Of a stretch of DNA of 64,000 nt, positions 11,381-25,300 are shown piece by piece; the stretch's first letter is position 1; the number at the start of each line of letters is the position of its first letter. The DNA comes from Lama glama. Taxonomy: Eukaryota. The notes below the pieces were generated by a model. The model searched no databases. It had not been told where the DNA came from and saw only the letters and a program-made list of their open reading frames with translations. The stretch spans positions 71,798,001 through 71,862,000 of the forward strand of contig CM052817.1 of the NCBI GenBank assembly GCA_028534125.1, given 5' to 3'. The translations under genes and the position numbers were made by a program.

Positions 11381-14300
11381 CTCCCTGGCAAGGCTGCTAA
11401 TTGTTCCTTCACTTGAGAAAGGAGGGTGGAAACAAAAATTTTAAAACCTTGACAGGCCCCTTACTCCCACGAGTTCCTCCTGAAATGACTCCAAGGGAGA
11501 GGGAATCGTAAAACAATATTACCTTCTTTCATCTAATTAATATAATCATTTAATTTTTTAGTTTTTCTGCTTGTCTTTCACAGGTGCCTTCAAATAAATT
11601 AATCTAGAATATATTTTATTATATTTTATTTATTAAAAATTCCTACCTCCTCATGAGAGTGCAGCAATGATGAATTAATATTTGCTAAGCACTTGGAAGG
11701 TTAAAGCTACATAAACTTGCTGGAGTTACTCTATTATTACTGATTCAGAAAAGCTAACTCGATAGGATTGGTAACCCATACCATCTGCTTTAATAACTGA
11801 AATTACATTATAAAAAGGCTTTGCCTATTGCGGGAAAGTAGTCGAGTACAGAAATAATTCAAATTCCCCAGAAAATGGAATCCTGCTTTAAAAAGAAAAG
11901 TGAGTCTCCAGACTGATTTCCTTTTGTTTTGCTCTATTATTATTGTCCCATTTAAATTAATTAGATGTATAAATGTAATCACCTGGACAACTTCTCAATA
12001 TTAATTTCTCCTTCCTGTGATTTAGAATCAATCATCTGAAGGCCAGGTCTTGCATTAACAAATTGAGAAATAATGCTCTTCCTCTCACAGCAGTCCCACT
12101 GTTTTACTTTATATGCAGGTATTGTAATAGAAATTTAAGTAAAACTGCAAAGAATTTCAAATATTTTTGTATCTATATCATTAGTTGCTCAGTATTTTTG
12201 ACTAATAGAGAGGAATAATGTTACTAATGTCTAATTTGTCTGAGGTATATGGTAACCAGAGCAAAGACAGGCATTTAGATTTCCAGTTAATAGAATTAGA
12301 TTTCCAGTTAAACTTATTTCAACCATAATTTAACTATTAGGGCAATTGTTTTAATTCTCTTTTTACTTTGCTAAACGGTCATAGCCCTCAAAATGACTTG
12401 GCACCAAATGTGTTTCAAAAGTAATCCAAAGAGTTTTAGAAATAAATTATTTTTAAAATGCAGAGTTTTTTAATGTAGTGTTCTAAAATATCCAGCAAGC
12501 AGCTCTTATCAGTCATTATGAAACTTCCCTGTATTCAAGCACAGAAAACATTAGTATTTAACACCACAAAAGCAGGCCAGACCACTATCATCAACCTAAT
12601 AGTCATCATCATTTGTATCATTTATTAAATTACTTAGCACAGCAGTGCCAAAAAGTGAAGTAATATTGTGAATTCACTAGAGGGAGCAGTTCTTTTTAGT
12701 AAATTAGTATTACTTATCTATATTTAGCAGTCCTAGAGTGAATCTGGACATGTAACATAATCTGAGAATAAAAGTATGCAGAATTCAAGAAACAGATCTC
12801 AGTGAAGATGTTTAGAAGTTTTCTTAAAGCTTTTGAGGAGAAAAGAGAACTTGAAAACACAAGATGAAGTCCAAGGTAGTAATAATTTAGCTGAACATCT
12901 GTCAGCATTTCCTTTTTGTTTTTATTTTCACGTACTTTTAGACAAAATAATTACTGCCTATTAAAATTGGCATAGCATCTGATCCATTAAAAGTTCAACA
13001 ACAGCCAGTAACAGTAACAGTAGCTAGTTTCCAAGTGTCTGGTACAAGTGCAAATAAACTCCATATTCAATTAAGTAAAGATTCTTATTCTAGTTAGCAG
13101 TATGTGACAGATGTTCAGACCTATTCACATGTCTGTTATACATCTCTATTTTTTACCTGTTTGTCACTTATCCTCAACAATTCATCTTATTTTTCATACT
13201 TGGGCTTTTAGCCAGAAAGACACTTATTAATTCCATATTAGTTTAAAATGAATGTGGAATTAATAAGTGGTATTTATACAATTGTGCCTAACTATATTAA
13301 GTTTTGGTTACCTATAAAATGTTAATGTTTAATGATATAGATTTGGCCTTTGAAAACAAAATAAACTGAGTTATTACTATTGAATTAATTCCAAACTTAA
13401 TAATACCAAGGTGCTAATGTTTTTAAATGATAGGTTTATTTTATTTGTAAAATAATTCATTCAATTCTTACTTAGTGAATTTCTGGTGTTGGATACTGTT
13501 AGGATCTGAGGATACAAAGAAGTAATATCTAATTTAGCTCACAATTTAATGATTTTTTAAAAATAAAATTTCCCCAATAATTTAATTACATTTATGTTTA
13601 AAAAAAACCTATGTACTTAAAAAGTTTTCTCAAATCCTTTACTAAAAGGAGTAGCATTTCTTCTTCTTCTTTTTTTAATTACTAGGAAATCATCAGAAAA
13701 GCTCAGAGCTGAAGAAAAGTTTTAGAGTCTTCCAATATATAAGACATGTTCAGTATATGAACGGTCAATTCTGGCAACTCCAAGTCAAGTAGTTACTACT
13801 ATTCCTTTGTATGTGGATGGGCCAGATGTTCTCCAAATGGTATTCCCCAAACTCTTCCCTAAAATCCTTTTTAAAGAAATGTAATCTGAACACTTGTGCT
13901 GTTGAATTGATGGTTTTGGTCTTGTGTTGACTTAAAGATGAATAAAGAGGGTAGGTGACCCATGAATCCCCGGTAATGGTCAGTATATTCCATACTGAAT
14001 CTCTCTTTTTCCCATTACACTATTTAAGTAGTGTATATTTATTTCTACAGTGTTATAATGCATCAAGTTAATCATAGGATGAAATGAACTATGATAATTT
14101 ATCAAAGTCTCCATGAAATTGTATTCTAAAGTATGAAGATGCATATCCTTTGTTGCACTGATAGTGTCATTTCACATGTTATCTTGCTGTGAATTAAAGT
14201 GTAAACATCAGAGCCACAAAGGAAGAACTGTAATTAATATATTAGGGCCAAGGATTGTGTAAATTGAGGATAAATTAATTTTCTTTGAAGTCAAATGCTG

Positions 14301-15789
14301 AAAACTCACTTTAAGCTATGACTTAAAGGAATATTGAACTTTCATAAATATTCTATATATCAATAAGAATAAGATATTTTGATACTGGCATATGATTTAT
14401 AGAGATGATTGAGAAAATAGAAATCCATTTATTCTACATTCTAAATTTTATTTTCTTTTAAAATTATATGAAGTTAGCTTCCATTATAGGAAATAAGTAC
14501 GTAGCAGTAAAACATTATGCTCCATATTCAGAGACATTCAACATTTTAGTTAGTTTAGACTATAATGTCCTTAAAACTAAATCTTCAAACATAGTTTAAC
14601 AGTGCCTTTAGAATTAAAAAGCCCTCAGCCTTTCAAAGATGGGAACTAAATACATTAATTTTTCAGTATTTTAAATATTTAACATTGTCACACATAAAGA
14701 GCCATCCAATATGAAAAGTGGAAACTCCTGTAATTATCAGAAGTATACTTTCTTACACATTTTCCAGATTCTAAACCCAAACCAATTCCGTTTTTAAAGA
14801 AACAATTTAATTGCAATATATGTAGAAAATGAGTGTGCTCCATTCTCCTTAACGATAATTAAGATTACCTCATTTACTACACAAGAAAAGCAAATTTATA
14901 CCTATTTGGAAAGCCTTGGCCCTTTGCTTTTTGTGTATTTGCAGTTCATAAATGTTAATCCCAGTGGATCCCAGGGACTGGTAAGGCTCATAGGCTAAAA
15001 ACATTTTGTAAGAAGTGAAAAAAGCAGACATTCCCCCTCAGTTATAAAGCAAAGAACTTAAGAACTTTGAACTCCAATCTAAAAATCTTGGCATGTTAAC
15101 TAAGATTTTGAAAGGCAAGTACCCATGTTCAAATGTTGATATATTTATGAGCACTTTGCCTTATATATTTTTCTACTTAATCTATACTGGTAATATAAAA
15201 TAAAAATAACGATGATGGAAAAATAACTTGGGAGGCTTAGCCTTGAGGATCAATGATAAGAAAAGATCTTGAACATGAGATTTTCCTAAACAGCAAGCTA
15301 AGAATGGGCTTTTACTGGACCCTGAGCCTGTGTAACATCAAAAAAAATGTTTACTTCATACTTAAGGCTGGTATCTTAATATGAATTATTCAGTGAACAT
15401 ATGATCCCTGTCTTAATAAATTTGAGAAATGAAACTATATTTTAAAGTATTCCACAATTATCAGAATCTTCATCTTCAAAGCACAGTAGATAACAAGCCA
15501 ATGTTTGCATAACATTCATATATGTTTTATATAAATATTAATCGTAATTTATAGATGGTAAAACTGAGAAAAGATTCTTTAATAACTTCAGAGGCAATTG
15601 GAAACGAGTATAGTTTCTTCTCACATTTCTGTCTAAAGAAATATTATTACATTGGACAAAATTATCTAATAAATAGAAGTATTACAGGCATGTTGTTTTC
15701 ATAATTGTAAATATTTTCCTAGCAGTAATTCCTGAGATATTTTTTAAGAATGAGGACATCAACTCATCTTCTTTGTATATTTATGTTTT

Positions 15790-15980
15790 GTTTTATTGAA
15801 GTATAGTTGATTTACAATATTATATTGGTTTCAGTTATACGACACAGTGACTCAATATTTTTATAGAGGTTATAAAGTTTATAAATTTAAGCTTTATAAA
15901 ATATTAGCTATATTCCCTGTTCTGTGCAACATATCCTTGTAGCTTATTTACTTTATACATAGCAGTTTGTACCTCCTGTG
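15790..15980 (-). mobile_element. Short L1 3' end fragment
   Basis: 'tttattgaagtatagttgatttacaatattatattggtttcag...tattccctgttctgtgcaacatatccttgt' is the reverse complement of an L1 3'UTR end. Confidence 0.75.
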
Positions 15981-16481
15981 TAGTTTTTCTTTTTCTTTTT
16001 TTAGAGAATTGGAAGCATCAAAAAAAATGCTTCTCTGTGTTGAAGTCTATTGTTCTATGACTTTAAGCCTTTCATTCTTTTTCTCCCGTTGGAAGGAACA
16101 CAGAACATGCAGGATATGTCTATTACATGTTTCTCGTGCTAATGCCCTAAACATATATACAGATGTCACATCACCCCTACATCTACTCAGTGTATTACCA
16201 GGTGTTCTCATGCACAAATCACCAGCTGTTCTCAGGTACTCTCCATGTTGTATTTTGTTAAGTCTTTACTATCCTGATAGTCTTTTAGTGCTCTCAGTGT
16301 GTTTTCAATGCCTTTCAAAGTATGTGACTCAAACTGTGTACAGTATCTTAAATTGATATGTCTAGAAACAAACTATTACCGTAGTTGATGTGGAACTTTG
16401 TTCCGTTGATACAGTCGAAAAGCACATAATATTTTTAAGCAGGCATTTCATACTATTGCCTCATAATGAGATTGTAGTCCA

Positions 16482-18996
16482 TTGTTTTAGTTATCTGTTG
16501 CTCCATAAAAATTACCCCAAAATTTAGTAGCTGAAAACAACAATATTTATTATTTTTCAAAATTTCTGTGGCTTGGAAATTTGAGAGCAGCCTAGCTGGG
16601 TAGTCCCGGTTTAGTGTCTTTCAGGAGGTTACAGTTAAAATCTCAGCTAGATCTACAGTCCTCTGAAAGCTTGACTGGGGCTGGAGGATCTGCTTCTACT
16701 TTGGTCCATTTATATGGCAGTCAAGTTCATGCTGGCTCAGTTCCTTACCATATGGACCTGTCCTTAGGGCTGCTGGAGTGTCCTCATGAAATGACATGAT
16801 ACTTCACTTCCCCCAGAGTGAGTGATCCAAGAGAGAGCAAGGCAGAAGCCACAATCTTTTACGTCCTAGTTTTGGAAGCCACATATCGTCATTTCCATAA
16901 TACACTGTTGGCTACACAAGTCAGCCCTATCCAGTGTGGGAGGGAAAGGTCCACACAGGGGCATAAGTCCCAGGAAGCAAGAATAATTTGGGGACGTGTT
17001 GGAGGTTGGCCCTGGAGTCCATCCTCTACTCCCCCCCCCCCCCCCGCCACCATTGACTAGTCTCCCTCCCACAGGTAAATTATACTAATACCGCCTCAAG
17101 GCCACCAAAAATCTCATCCCATTACAGCACCATCTCAAAGTCTAGAATCTTGTCATCTCAACCAGACCTAGATGTGGATGAAGCTTTCTGGGAGTGGTTC
17201 CTTGAGCACAGCTCCTTGAGAATAGTTCTTTGATCTGAAGACCTGTGAAGACCTTATCTCTGTAGAGATAAGATATCTGTTCACTGCCAACCCAGCCGAC
17301 ACCCCTCCCACACACACACACTCAACAGACAATGGTGGAGCAGGAATTGGATGACCACTATGGATGTTCCTCTTCAAAGGGCAGAAAACAAGAGGAATAC
17401 TGGAATCACTGGTCCTTAGTAATTCTGTAGTCCAGGCAGGCACATACTGGAAGTTCTTTCACTGGAACTTATTCCTGCTGCTTCTTGGGGATGGCTTTCC
17501 ATGACTCTTCACTGTGACCTGTAAGCTCCTGGTCTGCATTGTGAGTCAATTTATTTTTCCATGAAGGTAGCCTAGGTTTGAAGCTGTGTAGTTTTCTCAG
17601 TCTGGTTCCTGCCTATAGAAGTCTTTAGGTCCAAAGGCCTCTTTTCCTTTTGTTCTATATCTGTTCCTTTCAGTCCAAGCTGCTGATGTTTCTAACAATT
17701 AAATAATCTTTAAAATTTTGTGGGTCTCCTGTGAATCTTACTAAGGTTTACTCCATTATACAAAAGCCACACCTACAAATCTGTTTGAGGTAATTCCTTA
17801 TTTATGTAGGATTTCTGCTAAGATGACTGAAGGACAGTACACTTAAGCTTCCTAGAAGCCCTAATGTCGACTGAATAGCTCTCTTGAGTTGTAACCTTAG
17901 CAAATCTTAACAAAGGACTGTACAGTCATAGTGTCAGCTTCATTTTTATACTATGATTGTCTCACAGTACCTGGATTTAATCTTTGCTCAGAAGCCATTT
18001 CTTTGTTTTTGCATTGTATCCCATCTCGAGAGGCTGGCAGTTTTCAAGACTAACAAGTCTTGGCTTTTTTTGGTTTAACAATCCTTCCTTTAGCTTATCT
18101 TACCTCTTTCTCATTTGACCAGAAGCAGAAAGAAGAAAGCAAGCAGCAACGTTAACACTCTAACTGAAAATCTCTTAACTAGATCATTCATGTTATTAGA
18201 TACATTTTTCAGGTCCCACATCACTGCAGGTGACAGTGTTGCTCAACCTCTGCCAACATCATAAAACTGTTCTCCTTTTCTCGGTTTCCAATAAAGTTTT
18301 CCTCACCAGCAGCCTCTTCAAAGACTATGAGGCTTATAATTACAGTCTGTTCAAGACATTTTCAACTTCCACTAATACTGTCCTCAACATTCTTTTAGTT
18401 TCTGCCTAATTCCAATGCCTTACCCACATTTTTAGGATTTGTTATGGCAGCAGCCCACTTCCAAATATATTATCTACTAATGTGTCAATAAAATTACTGC
18501 AAAATTTAGTGCCTCAAAACATCAATAAACATTTAGTATCTCAGTTTCTCAGAGTCAGGAATTTGGGAGCAGCTTAACTGAGTGGTCCTAGTTCAAGTTC
18601 TTTCATGAGGTTGGATTCAGGAGAGTGGCTGAGGTTGTAGCCATCTGAAAGTTTAACTGAAGCTGTAGGTTCTGCTTCAGAGATGTTCTCTCACATGGCT
18701 GGAAAGTTCCTACTGGCTGTTGGCAGGCAGCCTCAGTTCCTTACCACATAGATTTCTTCATAGGGCAGCCTGAGTGTCCTCATGGCAGCTACTTCTCCCC
18801 CAGAGAAAGTGATCCAAAAAAAAGCACAGCAGAAGCTGCCATATCTTTTATGCCCCAGCCTTCGAAGCACACATCATTATTTCCACAAAGCCTATTAGTG
18901 ACATAGATCAAGCTTATTCATCGTGAAAGGGGGCTACAAGATGTGAATTATAGGAACCTGGAATAACTGAAGTCGTCGTGAAGGCTGGCTACTACA
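16482..18996 (-). mobile_element. MaLR (MLT1-type) element with two LTRs (about 16482-16990 and 18470-18996) and an internal region
   Basis: Two diverged direct repeats (e.g. 'aaattaccccaaaatttagtagctgaaaacaac' / 'aaattactgcaaaatttagtgcctcaaaacatc'; 'ctcagttccttacca' in both) flank about 1.4 kb of MLT-internal-like sequence. Confidence 0.75.
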
Positions 18997-20379
18997 TCCA
19001 CTAAAATCCCCGATAATTTAATTTTAATCTATTAAGCCAACTTCATCACTTTTGGTATTTATTGATTTTTTTAAACATAAAAATCACCCATATTGAACAT
19101 TAAATTCCAATTGTAGTTTCAATTCTTTATTTCAGCCTATTCAGATCTTTTTGAATTTTAACTCTGTCATATCAACAATACTCCCCAGTTTTGAATTATT
19201 GACAAGTATGCTATGCTATGGAATTTTAAAAATGTAATGTGTTGATAAAAATCTTGCTAAACACTTGTGTCTCTAGGTCTATTTATACATTTAAAGTTGA
19301 TAAAGTAAGTACATATATCCTTACCTGCACCATTTCAGAAATAGCACATACATTAAGTTAATTTTCTGTCCAACATAAATAAGAGTCCAGTTCTCCCACG
19401 CACCATGATGATATAGTGCACTGAACAATGGGCAGCTCCAACTTTACCAGGAACTCTAGTGCATTTTGAAAGACGGATGAATTAGACAGACAAAACCCTC
19501 ACAAATGAGTACAAAAGGTTATAATGCTTTGAATTTTCTAATCTGGAAACATGTAACTTACTTGCTAGGGCTGTACACAAAATATCAGCCAGTAACCAAA
19601 TTACGAGATAAGATAAATTCATTATCTTTGCTCACCGAACCTCTTAAGAATAGAAACAGTTTTTTTTTTGGTTTTTTTTTTTGGTCATTGCTGTTGTTTT
19701 CTCCCATTGGACTTAGCAAGATGCCCTATGCCTGGTTGATCCTTCAAAAATATTTTTAATGGGTGAATTGTTTACTAAATTATTGAGAGATCATGAATTT
19801 CCCTCCCCCAAGTTTCTTGGTACCCAGTTCCTCTTGCCTGTACCAATACCCTACCAAAGTCTGCCCCCAGCATTCCAAGACAGGAATCTTTTTCAATCTC
19901 TATGAAAGTTTGACTTTTTTTTCTTAAAGAAATTGGGCAATCTAGTGATACTTAGGAACCTTTTGTTGTTGATGCCTGAATCCATCTTAAGACATCTTAT
20001 GGTGTGGATTTTCTGATATGGCTAACAAATAAAAGTTTTGACAAACTTTGGGCGGCCTTACAAATCATAACAGGTTGCCCTCAACTTGCCCTCTCAGTAA
20101 AATCAGTCTTGGTTGAACGCATCAATGGGGGAGTTTTGTATCTGGAAAATCTGGCCTTGCCGATGTTGCAATTCCAAAACTGTATTTCTCACTATCTTTC
20201 TTGCCATGATTCCTTTTCTTGTTCACCCAATTTAAGAAATTACTCTTCAAAATGAATAGCATTTCCATATTTCTGCTAATGGCCTCATCATTCAGTCAGA
20301 ATAACGGAAGTTTATCATTCAAAAACTTGAAGTTTGTATGAATTTGCCCTTTCCCTAGACTCATCCAATGTAGTTTTTT

Positions 20380-20960
20380 TTTCCAACTTTCTCAGCTCTG
20401 TTTCCTCTTTTCTCTCTATCATGCACCAATTTAAACCTTTTAGTTTAATTCTTGTGGCAATTTGGTTACACATCCTTGCCAGATTAAGTCACTAAAGCAC
20501 AATGTCTATCCATTTACTATGCTACTCAAAAACCTCACTTCCATCTGCTCAGGGCCTACACAATGAACTCCAAACTTTTTAGTCTAGCTTTCAATGACTG
20601 CCACATTGTAGCCACAGTTCCATTTGCCAGCCTTATCTTTCACCACTTCCCCAGACTGGATTTTTCTTGGTTCACCAAACTCACACAGCTACTATTAAGT
20701 TTTTGTTGTGCTTTTTGCTCTGCCTGAAATGCTCTCCCTTCACTTCTCTTAAAACCCTGCCCATCTTTCAAGGTCAAAATCAAAAGGAATCTCAAACGTG
20801 ATGTCTTAATCCTCCTAACCAGAAGTATGCTCACTCTTTTCTGAAAGTCCCAGGTACTTTGTAAGACTCCTAAGGTGCTTACTGACTTCTAACTTAGGTT
20901 CCAGTTATATGCTTACATGACTTATCTCTTCTTATATATTTTAAGCTTTCTACTGACATA
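20380..20960. mobile_element. LINE-2-like fragment
   Basis: 'ctactcaaaaacctc', 'ctctgcctgaaatgctctccc' and 'ccatctttcaaggtcaaaatcaaa' are L2 3'-region-like motifs. Confidence 0.6.
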
Positions 20961-21084
20961 GTATCATTCTGTATGTAGTAGTTAGCACATCTGTGTTACT
21001 TAGAGGTGGTTGTTTCTGAGTTGAAACCATCACAGAATGTGTTGGGTAGTATTATATATTGGTTTGGGTTAATGAGTAGAAACA

Positions 21085-21310
21085 CAGTATATTGTGGTTA
21101 AGAGAAAAATCTTTGGAGGGCAAACAATCCCAGATTTAAAATCAGTTTTACTGGTTTCTAGTTAGGTGATCTTAGGCAAATTAATTAATCTCTCAGCAAC
21201 GCAGTTTCCTCATCTATAAAATGGGAATAGCAGTAATTATTTCATAGATTTGTTTTCATAATTAACTGAGGTGTTGAGAATAGAACACTTATCTTAATAA
21301 ATATTAGCTT
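21085..21310 (+). mobile_element. MIR SINE
   Basis: MIR core 'gtgatcttaggcaaattaattaatctctc...cagtttcctcatctataaaatgggaata'. Confidence 0.8.
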
Positions 21311-22684
21311 CCTATCCTTTATTTTTTCTAGCACAGAGTCTTACAACAGTGTTCAATTACTTTTTATTAAATAAATGAATTATTTCAAAAACAAAAACAT
21401 ATGAATTATATTTTAAATATACATGTATATTTAACAATTAAAAAATTGAGGAGTATAGAATACAGGATAAAAAATGGAAAAGAGAAGTAAGGAATCAAGA
21501 TAGTACATTATTTTTTAAAAAGCAAGCAAGAAGAAATTTAATTTCTGACACAGACTTATAGTCTTAACTCTACAGAATATGCTGGGAATTCCTTACAACT
21601 TTCCAATGGGAAAAATCTAATTACCCATTTTTAATTATAACAGTTCACATCTTAAATTACATATAAAAATGTTTAAACAGTGTAGCTTATGGGAGGCCCA
21701 GCCAGGCTCCAGAATCTCAGCCACTGGGGAATTTCTGTGCCGGACCACCCACTGCGAAAGTGAAAAGTTGGTACCTTTGCCAGTATGGAAATTTCTTCAG
21801 AAGAGAACTTTAAGCTGTCATAACCATTTTCCCCCAAGAAGACTGAGAGGGAGAAAAACACATGAGAAATTACTGGACAAACACTACTTGTCCAAGTTTC
21901 AAAGTAATAATCAAAGTTGGAATTAATGCCTTTAACACGACAGTTCTCCTAAACCTGAGTCTGTTTGTATAGATTTGGTCTGACTTGTTTCAGTCCGCTC
22001 CTTTGGAGGACACAAACTTACATAAATAAAGCTAGAATTTCAAGGCAAGTCACGCTATTTAGTTATAGTTTAATTTGGATTTTTTGTTCACTTTTTACAA
22101 TCTTTTTCAAAATGTCTTTAGAAACAAGTCATTCAAATAGTAATACTGAAATAGCATTTGCATTTGAAATCTTGCCTCAAGTTTCTTGGGGTAACCTTTT
22201 ATTATGAAAGTAAAAGAGACACCCAAACCGGTGGTTAAACAGAGAAAGTATAGAAAGGTACACACAATGAGTCTTTGCTCATAACTTTCCCATTTCATAA
22301 AGACTAATATTTAACATCTTTTATATGCAAAGTATTGTCTCATCTATAATTAGGAACAGTCTGAAAAAAAATCTAGTTTCTTAGGCTAATGCAGAACAGA
22401 TGTTTGTGAAAGTGCCTGAAATATAACAGACCTTCAGTAAATATTATTGTATTGGCAAAAAAGCTGGACAGGTGTGTGTGTGTGTTTTTATGTGCACAAC
22501 TCTCCTTCTTCCCCACGTCAGGACTTCCCAGGGAATGTTAGCAGAGGGCCTCTAGAAGATGAGATTTTTCTGCTCACGCTGGAGCCCCTGAAGATCCCCA
22601 AAGGTTCTCTCAAATCATGGCTCCAAAGGCACTTTCTTCTGCTCTCTCCAGGGAAGAAGACTACTTATTGGTGACCCTCTATTG

Positions 22685-23130
22685 AAGAAGAACTCTTTGG
22701 GTTGCAAGTAACAAAAACTCAATTTGAACTACTGTGGGCAAAACAGGAAATATACTGACCTGATTAGCAATGTCTCAGGAAGGGCATGGGTTTAGCTGGA
22801 CCTCCAGGATCACAGGAACAGGGACACAGCTAGACTCTCCCCAGCCGGCTCTCATTGTGCTTCTCTGAGTCAGCTTTCTGTCTTGCTAGGCACTGCAACC
22901 CTTCTGCCCTGCAGAACCTGCCTTCTGACACAGCATCTCTTCATCATGAAAAGGACTATTTCTCTTCTCTAAATCCAATTTGAAAATTCCCAGGGAGGGA
23001 CCACAGGGCCAGCCTCGGTCATATGCCTCCTCTTGTGAACAGAGTGACCAGTTCTGTCATTGGCAGCCTCCACTGGAACAGCACAGCTTGAGTAAAGGGG
23101 AAAGCAGCTCCTCCAAAGGTGGACTGTTCT
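22685..23130. mobile_element. Old MLT1 (J/K-like) LTR fragment
   Basis: 'ttgggttgcaagtaacaaaaactcaatttgaact' and downstream 'ccagcctcggtcatatgcctcctc'. Confidence 0.55.
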
Positions 23131-23559
23131 ATCCATGGATGAGAGTATGAGGCTGGACAGATAGAACAATTATTCTTAAAATTTACTTTAAAAATATCAG
23201 AATTATATTTACTAAATATGGAATTAAAATCTTTTTCCGTTGCTTATTATTTTCTGTAAATGTATTCTTCTGCCTCTTAGTGTTTTTCTTATATTTCTTC
23301 TGTCTCAAATTTTTTCTTACACAGCATCATTAAGTCCTACCCTTTCTCTCTTTCATATCTGTGCTTAAGATTCACTTCTTTGGACTGCTGATAAAATGTG
23401 GAGAATTGAATAGATTTATCTTTATTTTCCTCCAAATGCAATTAAAGTGGCAGCAAAAAAGAAGGAAAAAAAAAAGAATAAACCCCTAAGTGAAGATGAG
23501 AAAAGACTATAACAGGTGAAAAGTGACAAAAACTTTTGGAAGATAGGAAATGATATATA

Positions 23560-24060
23560 GTGTTTTAGTTATCTATGGCAATGTAACAAATAACTCCAAA
23601 ACTTAACATCTTATAACAATAAATATTCATCTCACACAGTTTTATGCGTCAGAAATCTGGAATCAGCTTAGGTTGCAGTCAAGCTGTCAGCCAGGGCTTG
23701 CACACATTTGAAGAACTGGAGGATCTCCTTCCAAGGTCACACACGGTAGTTGGCAGGGGACTTCAGTTTCTCACCATGAAGCTTCTCGTGAAATACTAAC
23801 TACAGTGGGGAAAAGTGTAACAATATGATAGAGAAGCTAACAGACACCACCTTAATCAGGTGATCAATGTAACACCACCAAACATCGTATAAACGGGCAC
23901 TATGTGCCTAAGAACACAGCATCGCTTCTGTAATATTCCTGAATATCATAGAAGATAAATGTAATCTGAGTCTAATCACGTGAAAATATCACACACATGC
24001 AAAGCAAATGGAGACATTCTTCGAAATAGCTGGCCTATACGCTTCAAGAGTGTTAAATTC
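23560..24060. mobile_element. MLT1 LTR fragment followed by an L1MC/ME fragment
   Basis: 'tgttttagttatctatggcaatgtaacaaataactccaaaactt' (MLT1) and 'acaccaccttaatcaggtgatcaa...aatctgagtctaatca' (L1M 3' region). Confidence 0.6.
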
Positions 24061-24589
24061 ACAGGGAAGTGCGTTATGTGCTTTGCTATGGCTATGGGAG
24101 CACGCAGGAGGGACACCTTGACCTAAGCCAAGGCCAAAATATCAGGGAGGCCTTTTCCAGAGTAGGAATGTCTAAGCTGAGATCGCAAGTCAGCCTCAAA
24201 AGTGGACAACAAGGGTGAAGAGAGGCAAGAAGAATGAAGAATGAAGCAGGTTGTAGTGTACAAGACCAAGGAAAATGCACTTGCTCGTATGCCAGCTGAT
24301 GTGTGTGTGTGTGTTTGTGTATCCTTTTTTTAATATTAGCAAGAGTTTTCTCCTTTTCCTAACATATCCAAAATGTCACATTTCAAAATATCTTAGGAGG
24401 TCGTGCCTATTGCTTTAGTCTAAGAAATATTCCTTGAAACACATGCGAAAAGAGTAGAACAAATTTACTTTTGATTGGCTAAGTCACTACACTATTCATC
24501 TCATAAACTAACGAGGCAATATTATTTTCATAGCACTTTTCATATATTTCCTTAATACATATGCCTTTTATAAATGGTATTTTCTTTTT

Positions 24590-25300
24590 AAAATTTTTTT
24601 AATTTTATACAATTTTTAAAGATTACTTTCCATTTATACTTGTTACAAAATATCAGCTATATTCTGTGTTGTGCAATACATCCATGAGCCTGTCTTACAT
24701 CCAGTAGTTTGTACCTTCAACTTCCTCACACCTATATTCCCACTCCCCCTACCCACTTGTAACTACTAGTTTGTTCTCTATATCTGTGAATCAGTTTCTT
24801 TTTTTTATTATATTCACTAGTTTGTTATATTTTTTAGATTCCATACATAAGTGACTTCATAGAGTGTTCATCTTTCTCTATCCTACTGATTTCACTTAGC
24901 ATCACAAGTCCATCCATGTTGTTGCAAATGACAAAATTTTATTCTTTTCTATGGCTGAGTAGTATTCCATTGGTTATATCTACCATGTCTTCTTTATCCA
25001 TTAGTCTGCTTATGGATGCTTAGGTTGCTTCTATATCCTGGAAATTGTAAATAATGCTGCTATGAACACTGGGGTGCATGTATCTTTTCAAATTAGTAGG
25101 TTCTTTTTTTTCCAGATATATACCCAAGAGTGGAATTGTTGGGTCATATGGTAATTCTAGTTTTAGTTTCTGAGAAACCTCCATACTGTTTTCCAGTGTC
25201 TGCACCAATGTACCTTCCCACTAACAGTGTACAAGTGTTCCCCTTTCTTCACACCCTTGCCAACATTTGTTATTTGTACACTTTTGGGTAATAGTCACGA
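24590..25300 (-). mobile_element. L1 3' end (younger, L1MA/artiodactyl-like)
   Basis: 'ttagattccatacataagtga', 'gtccatccatgttgttgcaaatgacaaaatttt' and 'tgctgctatgaacactggggtgcatgtatc'. ORF 25020..25208 translates to an L1 ORF2 C-terminal-like peptide (KLKLELPYDPTIPLLGIY). Confidence 0.9.

Noticed and set aside
10652..11400. Several overlapping 100-225 aa ORFs in the orphan CpG island
   Set aside because: They are low-complexity Arg/Pro/Gly/Ala-rich ORFs in most frames, as expected from stop-codon scarcity in GC-rich DNA, with no recognisable domain.
12275..12311. 16-bp direct repeat 'ttagatttccagttaa' (a similar small duplication lies at about 4135-4175)
   Set aside because: Two copies only; an ordinary slippage duplication, not an array.
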